From Longimicrobiales bacterium (GTDB lineage: Bacteria; Gemmatimonadota; Gemmatimonadetes; Longimicrobiales; Gaopeijiaceae), in assembly GCA_965249725.1 (NCBI GenBank), contig OZ252251.1:480001-544000 (forward strand): a stretch of 64,000 nucleotides of DNA. The letters run 5' to 3'. The notes beneath the pieces were generated by a model. The model was not told where the DNA came from. It was given only the letters and a program-made list of their open reading frames with translations, and searched no databases. Within the stretch, counting starts at the first letter, position 1. Every line of letters starts with the position of its first letter. The position numbers were made by a program, and so were the translations under genes. Below, piece after piece: positions 10,940 to 19,801 of this stretch.

Positions 10940-11695
10940 TCAGCCGAGGATCGAGAAACCCGAGTCGACGACGATCGTCTGTCCGCGGATGGGGGCGGCC
11001 TCGGGGAGGCAGAGAAGGTACACGGCGTCGGCAACGTCTTCCGGAGACAACGTCTGGCCGGTCAGGGATCGTTTGGCGAATCCCGCGAGTATCGCCTCCC
11101 GGTTCGGGAAGTTCTTGAGGGCGTCGGTGTCCACTGCTCCCGCGGAGATCGTGTTGACCGAGATGCCCAGCGGCGCCAACTCGAGACTCAAGGACCGGAC
11201 GAGCGCCTCAAGTGCGGCCTTAGACGCGCCGATAAAGGCGTAGTTGGCGATCGCCCGATGGGCGCCGAGGCTCGACAAGGCCAAGACTCGCGACCCCGGC
11301 TCCATCAACTCCTTGGCGTGCTTCACGAGATGGTTGAGGGCGAGTGCGTTGGTCTCCATGCACCACCGCCAGTGCTTCGTCGTCATCTCGGTGGCGGGCT
11401 TCAGCACGCCGCTCGCTGCGTTGCTGACCAGAATGTCCAGACGGCCGAATTCGGTGCCAACCGCACCCAGTAGGTCTTGGACCGACGCCTCGTCGCTCAC
11501 GTCGGCTTGGTATGTGAACGCTCGCAGACCGAGAGCCTCGATCTCCTCCCGCAGCTCGGCGGCGCGATCGGAGCTGTTGTAGTAGTTGATACCGACGTGG
11601 CATCCCGCCCGCGCGAGCCGCATGCAGGTCGCGCGCCCGATCCCTCTTGCCCCCCCAGTGACCAGGGCAAACTGTCCGTCCAGTGGTTGGCTCAT
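10940..11695 (-). CDS. FabL-like enoyl-ACP reductase (SDR)
   Basis: TGGARGIG, SNAASGVLKP, YAFIGASK. Confidence 0.8.
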   Translation of the reverse strand: MSQPLDGQFALVTGGARGIGRATCMRLARAGCHVGINYYNSSDRAAELREEIEALGLRAFTYQADVSDEASVQDLLGAVGTEFGRLDILVSNAASGVLKPATEMTTKHWRWCMETNALALNHLVKHAKELMEPGSRVLALSSLGAHRAIANYAFIGASKAALEALVRSLSLELAPLGISVNTISAGAVDTDALKNFPNREAILAGFAKRSLTGQTLSPEDVADAVYLLCLPEAAPIRGQTIVVDSGFSILG

Positions 11696-11814
11696 GGCTC
11701 CAAGTATAGTGGCTCCTTGTCAGGCCGGAAGCGTCGGGGCACCGCCGGCTCATCGCCACCTCGACCCTACTCTGCTATTCTCTTCGCCGTGCATCGACTC
11801 GACCAAGCTACGCC

Positions 11815-12222
11815 GTGATTCTACGCGTCTTCATCATACAAATCCTGTTATTCGGTGCCGGAGCCGCGCTGCAACTCCGTACCGGTTTACTATCGGTCCG
11901 TGGGGTGCCGGGGGAGGGTCTCGGATATGCTCAGGTGGGCATCCTTGCGGCGGCGGTCCTGGTGTACTTGCTGTCTCTCCTGTTCATGGGATGGAAGTTC
12001 GATCTGCAGCCTCGTCTGAACGGCTTCCGTTTCAATCGTTCCCAACGTCGGGAGAAGGTTCAGGAGCAACTCGTAGGATTCCCGACTTTCTACGACACCA
12101 CGGAACAAGGCTTCGCGTGGGTTGCCGAGCTAGAGGGGCGGGCATCGCAGATCGTAGAGGAGATCCGGGCCTTCCTCCTCAGAAACCCCACAGAACCCGT
12201 TAAACCGCACAGATACGCCTAA
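11815..12222 (+). pseudogene. membrane-anchored Asp/Asn beta-hydroxylase-like gene, apparently truncated at the left prophage junction
   Basis: TM helices then FYDTTEQGFAWVAELE..IVEEI, resembling the start of the hydroxylase domain; stops immediately after. Confidence 0.5.
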
Positions 12223-12405
12223 TACGCACGGTAGCGGGGGTAGCGGATCGCGTCGTTCCAGGCCCGAAGCGCGCCCGAAGGCCGGTACCTTTGTCAACGG
12301 TTTTCACAACGCCCCATTTTCGCGCAGGTCCGGCCCGGACCCCTTCCGCGAGCTCATAGACCGGATCTTCGACGACGCGGGTGCCTGGTGGCTCAGGGGG
12401 CCCGG

Positions 12406-13518
12406 ATGAGCGTCCGGATTCACGTGGGCGACTGCCTAGAGCGGCTGCGCACCCTCCCGGAAGAGTCCGTCCACTGCGTCGTGACGAGCCCGCCGTACTG
12501 GGGGCTGCGGGACTACGGGGTCGCGGGCGCTATCGGGCTGGAGCCGACGTTGCAGGAACACCTAGAAACGATCGTCACCGTGTTCCGCGAGGTGCGGCGA
12601 GTGCTGCGCAAGGACGGCACGCTCTGGCTGAACTACGGGGACTCGTACTCTAGCGGAGATCGTTCGACGCACAGAGCTGGAGCCTCGGACAATAAGGGTC
12701 GTCTCGTACAAAACGGCTTGGCACGCCCCAAGACACCGTCTGGCCTCAAGCCGAAGGACCTCGTGATGATGCCCGCCCGCGTCGCCTTGGCGCTCCAGGC
12801 GGACGGCTGGTGGCTGAGAAGCGAAATCGTGTGGCACAAACCGAACCCGATGCCGGAGAGCGTGAGGGACCGGCCCACCTCGGCGCACGAGAAGCTGTAC
12901 CTGCTCACGAAGGCCGCCCGGTACTTCTACGACGCGGATGCGGTGCGGGTGACATGCAGCCCGAACACACATGCCCGGCGAAAAGGTCGCGAGAGAGTAC
13001 CGCGCAAGGGTTCTGATACGTATGACCGCCGTGCAGGCACATGGAAGGAAAAGAGAACGGTCGCCGAACAGGCAGAAATAGGCGCGAACCTGCGCAACGC
13101 CTGGACGATCCCGACCCACGCATATCCCGGCGCCCATTTCGCCACGTTCCCACCCAAGCTGGTCGAGCCGTGCACCAAGGCGGGCACGAGCGAGAAGGGG
13201 TGTTGCCCGGAATGCGGGACGACCATTGGCTTAAGAACTCGTGTCGCTCCGGTCAAAGCTGCCAGTGGAGCGACCGGCATGAGCGACCCTTCCCCTGACA
13301 ACGCAGTTCCGTTTCTGGCCCATCTGACGCCGCCGAGCGTGCGGGAGATCCTGGCGACCCAAGACTTCGACCCCGGCGAACTCGTCGAGACGGCGCTGGA
13401 ACTCGTGTCCGGCATCGACGTGCGCCACGGCGGCGACGTCCTGCTTTTGGCGCTTGCCATTGGCTGTCTGTGCCAGGGAATCACCACACTCAAGAATGGG
13501 CAGGCCGTTGATGACTGA
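12406..13518 (+). CDS. N4/N6 DNA methyltransferase (beta class), C-terminally truncated and fused to an ~79 aa ORF starting 13279
   Basis: VTSPPYWGLRDY, WHKPNPMPES, HFATFP; no DPFxGxGT motif I. Confidence 0.8.
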   Translation: MSVRIHVGDCLERLRTLPEESVHCVVTSPPYWGLRDYGVAGAIGLEPTLQEHLETIVTVFREVRRVLRKDGTLWLNYGDSYSSGDRSTHRAGASDNKGRLVQNGLARPKTPSGLKPKDLVMMPARVALALQADGWWLRSEIVWHKPNPMPESVRDRPTSAHEKLYLLTKAARYFYDADAVRVTCSPNTHARRKGRERVPRKGSDTYDRRAGTWKEKRTVAEQAEIGANLRNAWTIPTHAYPGAHFATFPPKLVEPCTKAGTSEKGCCPECGTTIGLRTRVAPVKAASGATGMSDPSPDNAVPFLAHLTPPSVREILATQDFDPGELVETALELVSGIDVRHGGDVLLLALAIGCLCQGITTLKNGQAVDD

Positions 13519-14526
13519 GCGGGGCGACTATCGGGCGATCCATACAGTGCTCCTGGAGAGCCCCGAGTTCGTGGACATGAGCGCGCACGCGCAATTGATC
13601 TGGTTCCACCTGAAGCTGCGCCTTGGGGCCACGGGGATCGACGTCATTCCGGCTGCGGAGGCGGTCCTATCCGAGGCGACGAACCTGCCACCCGAAGACG
13701 TCCGAAACGCTCTCTTCGAGCTTCAAGGCGAATCCCCTTCGGAGGGGATACCCAATCCCATACCGGAGGGGATACCCAATCCCCCTCGAATGGGATGGCT
13801 GATGCGTGAACGCAACGTTTTCTGGCTGCGCAACGCTCTGAAGTTCGAGCCGAGCCGGACGCTCACGAACGACAACCACCGCAAGAATGTAATGAAGCAC
13901 CTTTGCGGCTTGCCTAAACTCAAGGTTGTCAACGACTTCGCGGATTACTACGAGCTCGTCAGGCCTTTCCCGGACCTATCCCCTCCCCCATCCCCTCAGG
14001 TATCCCCTCCCCCATCCCCTCCGAAGGGGATACCCGATCCCCTACCCGATCGGAAGAACGGGAACCGGATACGGAAGAACGGAATACGGAAGAACGGAAT
14101 ACGGAAGAACGGAATACGGAAGAACGGAATACGGAAGAACGGAATACGGAAAAAGAAAAACCCCCCTATCGGGGGGCCAAAAGAAAAGGGCCGTTGCCGG
14201 GTGATTGGGAACCGAACGCCACCCATTCGGAGATCGCCGGGGCGGCGGGCCGGGATCTCGCGTTGGAGGCCGCGCGGTTCCGCGACCATGCGCTGTCGAA
14301 CGGCCGGGTGCAGATCGACTGGGACGCGGCGTTCCGCAATTGGCTACGCAGCGGGTACGGGCGTCCGGTAGGCAACGGCACGGGACCGCCCGACCCGCTC
14401 GACATCGTCAACGACCGGGCGAACCGCGAGCGCTGGTACGAGATCCGCGACGAGCTGGAAGCCAAGGGCGTGGATGCTGAGGCGGCCGCCAAACAAGGCC
14501 TCGAAATGCTGAGGGCCGAGCTGTGA
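13511..14526 (+). CDS. phage replication initiator with DnaT-like C-terminal domain, split by a frameshift (~13980-14190)
   Basis: N-part in ORF 13454..14371; C-part LPGDWEPN..RFRDH..DWDAAFRNW in ORF 14194..14526; internal iterons. Confidence 0.75.
13732..14151. repeat. putative ori: palindromes ATCCCCT-N4-AGGGGAT plus 5 x 15-bp ACGGAAGAACGGAAT
   Basis: Palindromes at 13732-13749 and 14014-14031, extra half sites, tandem array 14071-14145. Confidence 0.7.
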
Positions 14527-15050
14527 GGTGCGTCAAGTTCATCGACGCACAGGCAGCGATCAACCGGCTGCGCTTCGTCTATCCGCTGCCGAGGGACGTG
14601 AGCGCGAACGAAGCCGCCAAGCTATGGGCCGAGGTGCTCGATGATCTGCCGGTGGATGATCTGGAGGCTGCGGTCACGGCCTACCTGCGCGACGGCGGGC
14701 GGTACTTCCCGAAGCCGGCGGAGATCAGGAAGCTGGCGAAGGCGCATCGGGCGAGCCGCAGCAACGGACAGCGGCCCTCGGATCTGCGCTCGCGTTACCT
14801 GCGCTGGGAGAGCGAGGGGGGCAGCGAGGGGCCGTGCCCCGTCTGCGGGGCCGAGCTACGCGATCTCACACCTGCGGAGCGGGGAGTCGAGCCGATCGTC
14901 TGGGACGCGGAGACGGGGCGGATGGTTCGTCGCACCACCCCCGGTCCGGTCCGGTTGGGCGTGCTCCACGACGGTCCGAGACACGACGCAGCGAGCATTC
15001 CCGCTATCGGATACTGGACCGAGGCCCGGACCGGTCGAGTGAATGGATGA
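14523..15050 (+). CDS. helicase loader/inhibitor-like replication protein
   Basis: LWAEVLDDL..AAV..YFPKPAEIR, directly after initiator. Confidence 0.6.
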   Translation: MRCVKFIDAQAAINRLRFVYPLPRDVSANEAAKLWAEVLDDLPVDDLEAAVTAYLRDGGRYFPKPAEIRKLAKAHRASRSNGQRPSDLRSRYLRWESEGGSEGPCPVCGAELRDLTPAERGVEPIVWDAETGRMVRRTTPGPVRLGVLHDGPRHDAASIPAIGYWTEARTGRVNG

Positions 15051-15056
15051 GACGAC

Positions 15057-16103
15057 GTGAGAGCCTACTACAACGAGATCGAGCCGTATGCCGCCGAGTG
15101 GCTGCGCAACCTGATCGCCGAGGGGCTGATCGCGCCTGGCGACGTGGACGAGCGGAGCATCGACGAGGTCGCGCCGGATGAGCTCGAGGGCTACACCCAG
15201 TGTCACTTCTTCGCCGGGATCGGCGGCTGGGGCCACGCGCTCCGGCTCGCCGGATGGCCCGACGAGCGGCCCGTCTGGACCGGCTCCGTTCCGTGTCAGC
15301 CGCTTTCGAGCGCTGGACAGCGACGTGGCCATGCCGATCGAAGACACCTGTGGCCCGCTTTTTTCCGGCTCATCGCCGAGCGCCGGCCTGCAACGCTCTT
15401 TGGAGAGCAGGTTGCGAGCAACCTTGGACGTGAATGGCTCGCCGGAGTACGCGCTGATCTGGAGCACGTGGGATATGCCTGCGGGGCCGCCGATCTGCCG
15501 GCTGCGAGCGTCGGCGCACCGCACATCCGTCAGCGGCTTTGGTGGGTGGCCGACGCCGATGGCCGGGACGCCAGCGCAGAAGGGATACAACGCAGCGGGC
15601 AACACGGATTCCAGCCGGAAGACGACGGACCTGCTGGCGGGCTGGCCGACGCCGAACGCCAGCGACGACAACCAGGACCGGCGAACGATGGCCGGGACCG
15701 TGAGGGAGTGGAATCGAGAGGGGGCGAGCCAATCCAGCCTCCCCTTGGTGGCGAAGATGCTCGCGGGCTGGCCGAGCCCGACGGGAAGCACGGGCGGCCC
15801 GGAGCCGGACGGGCAGACGGGCCGCAAGCTAGCAACCCTCGCGGGCTGGAATACCCCGGTGGCATCGGATCACAATGGCGCGGCGGAGAACAGGAAGGAT
15901 CCATGTGCCACTTTTCAGTTGAGGGATCGAGTTTTTTGGACTGTGCGGACGGAAAAGCGCGGCGCGTTGAATCCGGCACATTCCCGCTGGCCCATGGGGT
16001 TCCCAACCGCGTGGGACGCCTGCGCGCCTACGGCAACGCGATCGTCCCGCAACTCGCCGCGGCGTTCATCCGGGCCTACCGGAACGTGAGCGAGGTGGCG
16101 TGA
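15057..16103 (+). CDS. C5 DNA cytosine methyltransferase, main subunit
   Basis: FFAGIGG, PCQ, EQV, RQRLWW, YGNAIVP. Confidence 0.9.
   Translation: MRAYYNEIEPYAAEWLRNLIAEGLIAPGDVDERSIDEVAPDELEGYTQCHFFAGIGGWGHALRLAGWPDERPVWTGSVPCQPLSSAGQRRGHADRRHLWPAFFRLIAERRPATLFGEQVASNLGREWLAGVRADLEHVGYACGAADLPAASVGAPHIRQRLWWVADADGRDASAEGIQRSGQHGFQPEDDGPAGGLADAERQRRQPGPANDGRDREGVESRGGEPIQPPLGGEDARGLAEPDGKHGRPGAGRADGPQASNPRGLEYPGGIGSQWRGGEQEGSMCHFSVEGSSFLDCADGKARRVESGTFPLAHGVPNRVGRLRAYGNAIVPQLAAAFIRAYRNVSEVA
15331..16089 (+). CDS. nested alternate-frame second MTase polypeptide (motif IX)
   Basis: Repeated GWPTP units and LNPAHSRWPMGFP; start uncertain. Confidence 0.65.
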   Translation: MPIEDTCGPLFSGSSPSAGLQRSLESRLRATLDVNGSPEYALIWSTWDMPAGPPICRLRASAHRTSVSGFGGWPTPMAGTPAQKGYNAAGNTDSSRKTTDLLAGWPTPNASDDNQDRRTMAGTVREWNREGASQSSLPLVAKMLAGWPSPTGSTGGPEPDGQTGRKLATLAGWNTPVASDHNGAAENRKDPCATFQLRDRVFWTVRTEKRGALNPAHSRWPMGFPTAWDACAPTATRSSRNSPRRSSGPTGT

Positions 16104-16159
16104 GGATGGCGGGGGAGAATCGAGAAGGGTTGACTCACAGTCAAGAGAGGAGAACTGAT

Positions 16160-16405
16160 ATGCATCGAGGCATCGGACGCCGAGTGAAGGACCGTATCAC
16201 GGGCTTTGAGGGCGTGGTGACGGGATACTGCGAGTACATCACCGGCTGCAATCAGGCGTTGATTGCCCCGCCGACCAAGGACGATGGTGAGTTTGTGGGG
16301 TCACGATGGTTCGACGAACAGCGCCTCGTCCAGCTGGGCGACGAAGCGATCACCCTCGACAATGGCTCGCACCCCGGTCCAGACAAACCGGCACCGATCC
16401 GGTGA
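16160..16405 (+). CDS. phage hypothetical protein
   Basis: RBS GAGGAG; VKDRITGFEGVVTG..YITGC. Confidence 0.75.
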   Translation: MHRGIGRRVKDRITGFEGVVTGYCEYITGCNQALIAPPTKDDGEFVGSRWFDEQRLVQLGDEAITLDNGSHPGPDKPAPIR

Positions 16406-16569
16406 CCACTATCAGGCCGAGGCTGCCCCTGGGCACCCGCATCCGGAAGACGTTCTACGGCCTTCTGACGGTGCTCATCCTGGGGGGCCTGTTGAGCGGG
16501 CTGTTGCTATCGGTGATCGCGCTGAACGTCTGGGCTTGGCGCTGGATCCTGGAGGGCCTGGGCTGGTGA
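16402..16569 (+). CDS. small membrane protein
   Basis: GTGA overlap, one long TM. Confidence 0.55.
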   Translation: MTTIRPRLPLGTRIRKTFYGLLTVLILGGLLSGLLLSVIALNVWAWRWILEGLGW

Positions 16570-16766
16570 GCAGTGACGCCGGGGCCCAAACAGTTGCCGA
16601 ACTGGCACGCGCTCTCAGAGAAGCAGTCGGTTGCGGGCCTGGTTTCAGGGGCTCGATCATGCTCCACTTCGACGACGGAGAGGCAACCCGCTACGAGTGC
16701 AAGACATTCGGTAGAGTCGGGGAAGGAGTTGACCACCGAGAGGCGGGATCTGTAGCTTTGCAGTAG
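16566..16766 (+). CDS. phage hypothetical protein
   Basis: GTGA overlap; FRGSIMLHFDDG. Confidence 0.5.
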   Translation: MSSDAGAQTVAELARALREAVGCGPGFRGSIMLHFDDGEATRYECKTFGRVGEGVDHREAGSVALQ

Positions 16767-16856
16767 GAAAAGCTAGTCCGGGCACCAGACTTAACTGACC
16801 CCGGCACCACGAGCCCCAGAGAGCGCGAGGGGATGAGGTGTCGGGTTTTTTCGTTT
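16729..16856 (+). promoter_or_regulatory. putative late promoter with downstream intrinsic terminator (pR'/tR'-like)
   Basis: TTGACC-N18-TAGCTT then CCCGGCACC..GGTGTCGGG-TTTTTT just before HNH/terminase. Confidence 0.55.
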
Positions 16857-16878
16857 GAGGCGAGGAGGGCGTGACACA

Positions 16879-17235
16879 GTGCCAGTAGCACCAAAGCGTC
16901 CGTGCATGCAGCCAGGCTGCAACGTACTGGTGGAGCGCGGCAGGTGCGGTGAGCACACGCGGGCGCACCACCGGCTGGACACGAAGACGCGTGGCAGTGC
17001 GAAGGCGCGCGGTTACGGCGGGCCGTGGCGCAGGATCAGGTCACGTCAGCTGAAGGCCGAGCCGCTGTGCCGCCACTGCGCCGAGGACGGCCGCGCGACA
17101 GCTGCAACTCTGGTAGATCACGTCGTTCCGCTGGACGCGGGCGGCACGCACGAGACGTCGAACCTGCAGAGCCTGTGCCGGTCGTGCCATGCACAGAAGA
17201 CGCTCGCTGAGCATCCGAGGACGGTGCGGGCATGA
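16879..17235 (+). CDS. phage HNH endonuclease (packaging-associated)
   Basis: PLCRHC..VDHVVP..NLQSLCRSCHAQKT. Confidence 0.9.
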   Translation: MPVAPKRPCMQPGCNVLVERGRCGEHTRAHHRLDTKTRGSAKARGYGGPWRRIRSRQLKAEPLCRHCAEDGRATAATLVDHVVPLDAGGTHETSNLQSLCRSCHAQKTLAEHPRTVRA

Positions 17236-17244
17236 GCGGGCGAG

Positions 17245-17350
17245 AGACGATGGAGGGGAGGGGGGCTCGCAGCTCTGTGGCCCTCAGCCGCCGAAACCGG
17301 TCGGGTGCTTTGTCTTCACGACCGCAGGTTTTGGAGGGGGGGGTTGAGGT
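17245..17350. other. probable cos region
   Basis: G-run-bounded gap between HNH and terS, as in HK97-like phages; cut site not identified. Confidence 0.4.
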
Positions 17351-17418
17351 GAGCGAAGCGGTGGCCAGCCCCCTGATCTTGAACGGGCTGGACCTAGCGC
17401 CGCGGTTGGAGCCGGCGG

Positions 17419-17883
17419 ATGGGTAAGCGTGGCCCGTCACCGAAGCCCACGCGGCTGCGGGTGCTGGAAGGCAACCCCGGCAAACGGGCGTTGAACGACC
17501 GCGAGCCGGAGCCACCGGCGGGGCTTCCGCGCTGCCCGAAGGAACTCGACAGGGCTGCGCGGGCGGAGTGGCGCCGCGTGGGCAGCGTATTGGAGGAAAT
17601 GGGCGTAGTAACGCAGGTGGACGGAGCGGCGCTGGCGGCCTACTGCGCGCTGTACTCGCGGTGGCTCGAGGCGGAGTCACAGATCAAGAAAGACGGCATG
17701 CTGATCAGCTCACCGAACGGCCATCTGATGCAGTCACCCTACCTGAACATCGCGAACAAGTGCCTGGAGAAGATGCGCGGGTTCCTTCAGGAGCTTGGCC
17801 TGACACCCTCATCGCGGAGCCAGGTCACGGTGCTGCCGAATCGCAAGAGAGGCCGCAACCCATTCCTCGAGGACGTGGGATGA
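17419..17883 (+). CDS. terS: terminase small subunit (P27 family)
   Basis: GPSPKPT..GNPGKR, ELGLTPSSR. Confidence 0.92.
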   Translation: MGKRGPSPKPTRLRVLEGNPGKRALNDREPEPPAGLPRCPKELDRAARAEWRRVGSVLEEMGVVTQVDGAALAAYCALYSRWLEAESQIKKDGMLISSPNGHLMQSPYLNIANKCLEKMRGFLQELGLTPSSRSQVTVLPNRKRGRNPFLEDVG

Positions 17884-19631
17884 GCCACGCCGGCCGGGCT
17901 GAGCAGTACGCGAGGAACGTGGTATCGGGCGGCGTTGCTGCGTGCCGCTACGTCGCGCTCGCTTGCCAGCGCCATCTAGGCGATCTCAAGGCGCAGGAGC
18001 AACAGGACTTTCCGTTTGAGTTCAACACGTCGGCGGCCAACAGGATCTGCCGATTCATCGAGCTGCTACCGCATGTGAAGGGCCAGTGGGCAGAGCGCGG
18101 CGAGCAGCTGCGCCTGGAGCCTTGGCAGTGCTTCATGGTTGCCGTGCCGTTCGGCTGGCGGTGGAAAGCTACGGGGCTGCGCCGCTACCGGATCGCGTAT
18201 ATCGAAGTCCCCAGGAAGAACGCGAAATCGACGATCAGCGCTGCGGTCGGGCTCTACATGTTCGCCAGGGACGGCGAGCACGGTGCCGAGGTGTATTCCG
18301 GTGCGGGCACCGAGAAGCAGGCGAACGAAGTGTTCGGGCCCGCGCGGCTGATGGCGAAGAGCACGCCCGAGCTCTTGGAAGCGTTCGGGATCGGGGTGGG
18401 CGCCAAGAACCTGAGCATCCTGTCGAACAACTCGAAATTCGAGCCCATCATCGGCAAGCCGGGTGACGGGGCTTCACCGTCGTGCTCGATCACCGACGAG
18501 TATCACGAACATGCGACGTCCGAGCAGCTAGACACGATGCTCACGGGCATGGGCGCGCGTGAGCAGCCATTGGCGTGGGTGATCACGACTGCGGGGAACT
18601 CGATCGAGGGGCCGTGCTACGATCTCCGCTCGGACGTGGTGAAGATGCTGGAAGGCTCGGTCGATAACCCGGAGCTATTTGGGCTGATCTATACGATCGA
18701 CGAGGGCGATGCGTGGGACTCGGTCGAAGCGCTACGCAAGGCCAATCCAAACGCCGGGGTGTCTACGCGTGAGCAGTACCTGCTGTCCCAGCTTCGGGAT
18801 GCGATCCACAACCCGAGGAAGCAGTCCACGTACAAGACGAAGCACCTGAACGTCTGGGTGACGGCGTCGTCACCGTACTTCAACCTGGAGAAGTGGAAGC
18901 GTCTCGCGGATCCGGGGCTTTGTGTCGAGCAATTCGCGGGTGAGCCCTGTTGGGTCGGGCTCGACCTCGCGTCGAAACTAGACCTTACGGCGTACGTGCG
19001 GCTCTTCGTTCGCGAGCAACCGGGCAGCTGCAGCAGGTGCCGTGGCACGGGCCGACTCGCCGACGAACCGTGTCCCCGTTGCGATGGAGCGGGAGAGGCC
19101 GCCGAGGAGCACTACTACCCGTTCCTGAAGAGCTACCTGCCGGAGGAGCGCTTGGGGCCAGCGGAGAGTGCGCACTACCGCGGCTGGGCGGCTGGCGGCT
19201 GGCTGAGCGCGACAGCGGGCAACATGACCGACTACGACGAGGTCGAAGAGGACATTGTCGCGGACGCGGAGCGCTGCCCGGTCGCGGAGCTGGGCTTCGA
19301 TCCCTACAACGCCGCGCAGCTAATCACGCATCTGGTGAACCACGGGATCGAGTGCGTCGAGGTCCCGCAGACGGTGCCGCACCTGTCCGAGCCGATGAAG
19401 TGGGTGCAGGCGCTGATCGAGGATGGCCGGTTCCACCACGACGGCAACCCTGTTCTCACATGGGGGATCTCGAACGTGACCGCAAAGGAGGACCGGAACC
19501 AGAATGTGTTTCCACGCAAAGAAAAACCGGAGAACAAGATCGATCCGTGCGTGGCGCTCATCATAGCGGTAGGCCGGGCGATGTCATGCACAGCGAAGCC
19601 CGAGCCCAGCATCTTTGCGATCGGATCATGA
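17880..19631 (+). CDS. terL: terminase large subunit
   Basis: PRKNAKST, ITDEYHEH, GLDLASKLD, KIDP. Confidence 0.95.
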   Translation: MSHAGRAEQYARNVVSGGVAACRYVALACQRHLGDLKAQEQQDFPFEFNTSAANRICRFIELLPHVKGQWAERGEQLRLEPWQCFMVAVPFGWRWKATGLRRYRIAYIEVPRKNAKSTISAAVGLYMFARDGEHGAEVYSGAGTEKQANEVFGPARLMAKSTPELLEAFGIGVGAKNLSILSNNSKFEPIIGKPGDGASPSCSITDEYHEHATSEQLDTMLTGMGAREQPLAWVITTAGNSIEGPCYDLRSDVVKMLEGSVDNPELFGLIYTIDEGDAWDSVEALRKANPNAGVSTREQYLLSQLRDAIHNPRKQSTYKTKHLNVWVTASSPYFNLEKWKRLADPGLCVEQFAGEPCWVGLDLASKLDLTAYVRLFVREQPGSCSRCRGTGRLADEPCPRCDGAGEAAEEHYYPFLKSYLPEERLGPAESAHYRGWAAGGWLSATAGNMTDYDEVEEDIVADAERCPVAELGFDPYNAAQLITHLVNHGIECVEVPQTVPHLSEPMKWVQALIEDGRFHHDGNPVLTWGISNVTAKEDRNQNVFPRKEKPENKIDPCVALIIAVGRAMSCTAKPEPSIFAIGS

Positions 19632-19801
19632 GACAGCTGACGAGAGGCGAGAGAGCGGAGCTGGTCGGTGACTTGCACACCTACGGGGGAGCGGTGCTCG
19701 TTGCGGGCGGAGCGGGCTGGGCCTATCCACCGGCGGGGTTGATCGTGTTCGGAGCGGTGCTCATGTGGCTCGGACTCTTCTGGCGCAGAGGCTCCGGATG
19801 A
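19628..19801 (+). CDS. small membrane protein between terL and portal
   Basis: YPPAGLIVFG; coupled overlaps both sides. Confidence 0.65.
   Translation: MRQLTRGERAELVGDLHTYGGAVLVAGGAGWAYPPAGLIVFGAVLMWLGLFWRRGSG

Noticed and set aside
12206..12214. CGCACAGAT as confirmed att core
   Set aside because: Recombining there restores neither host gene; 9 bp may be chance
14071..14151. 15-bp array as CRISPR
   Set aside because: No spacers, no cas genes, lies inside a coding region
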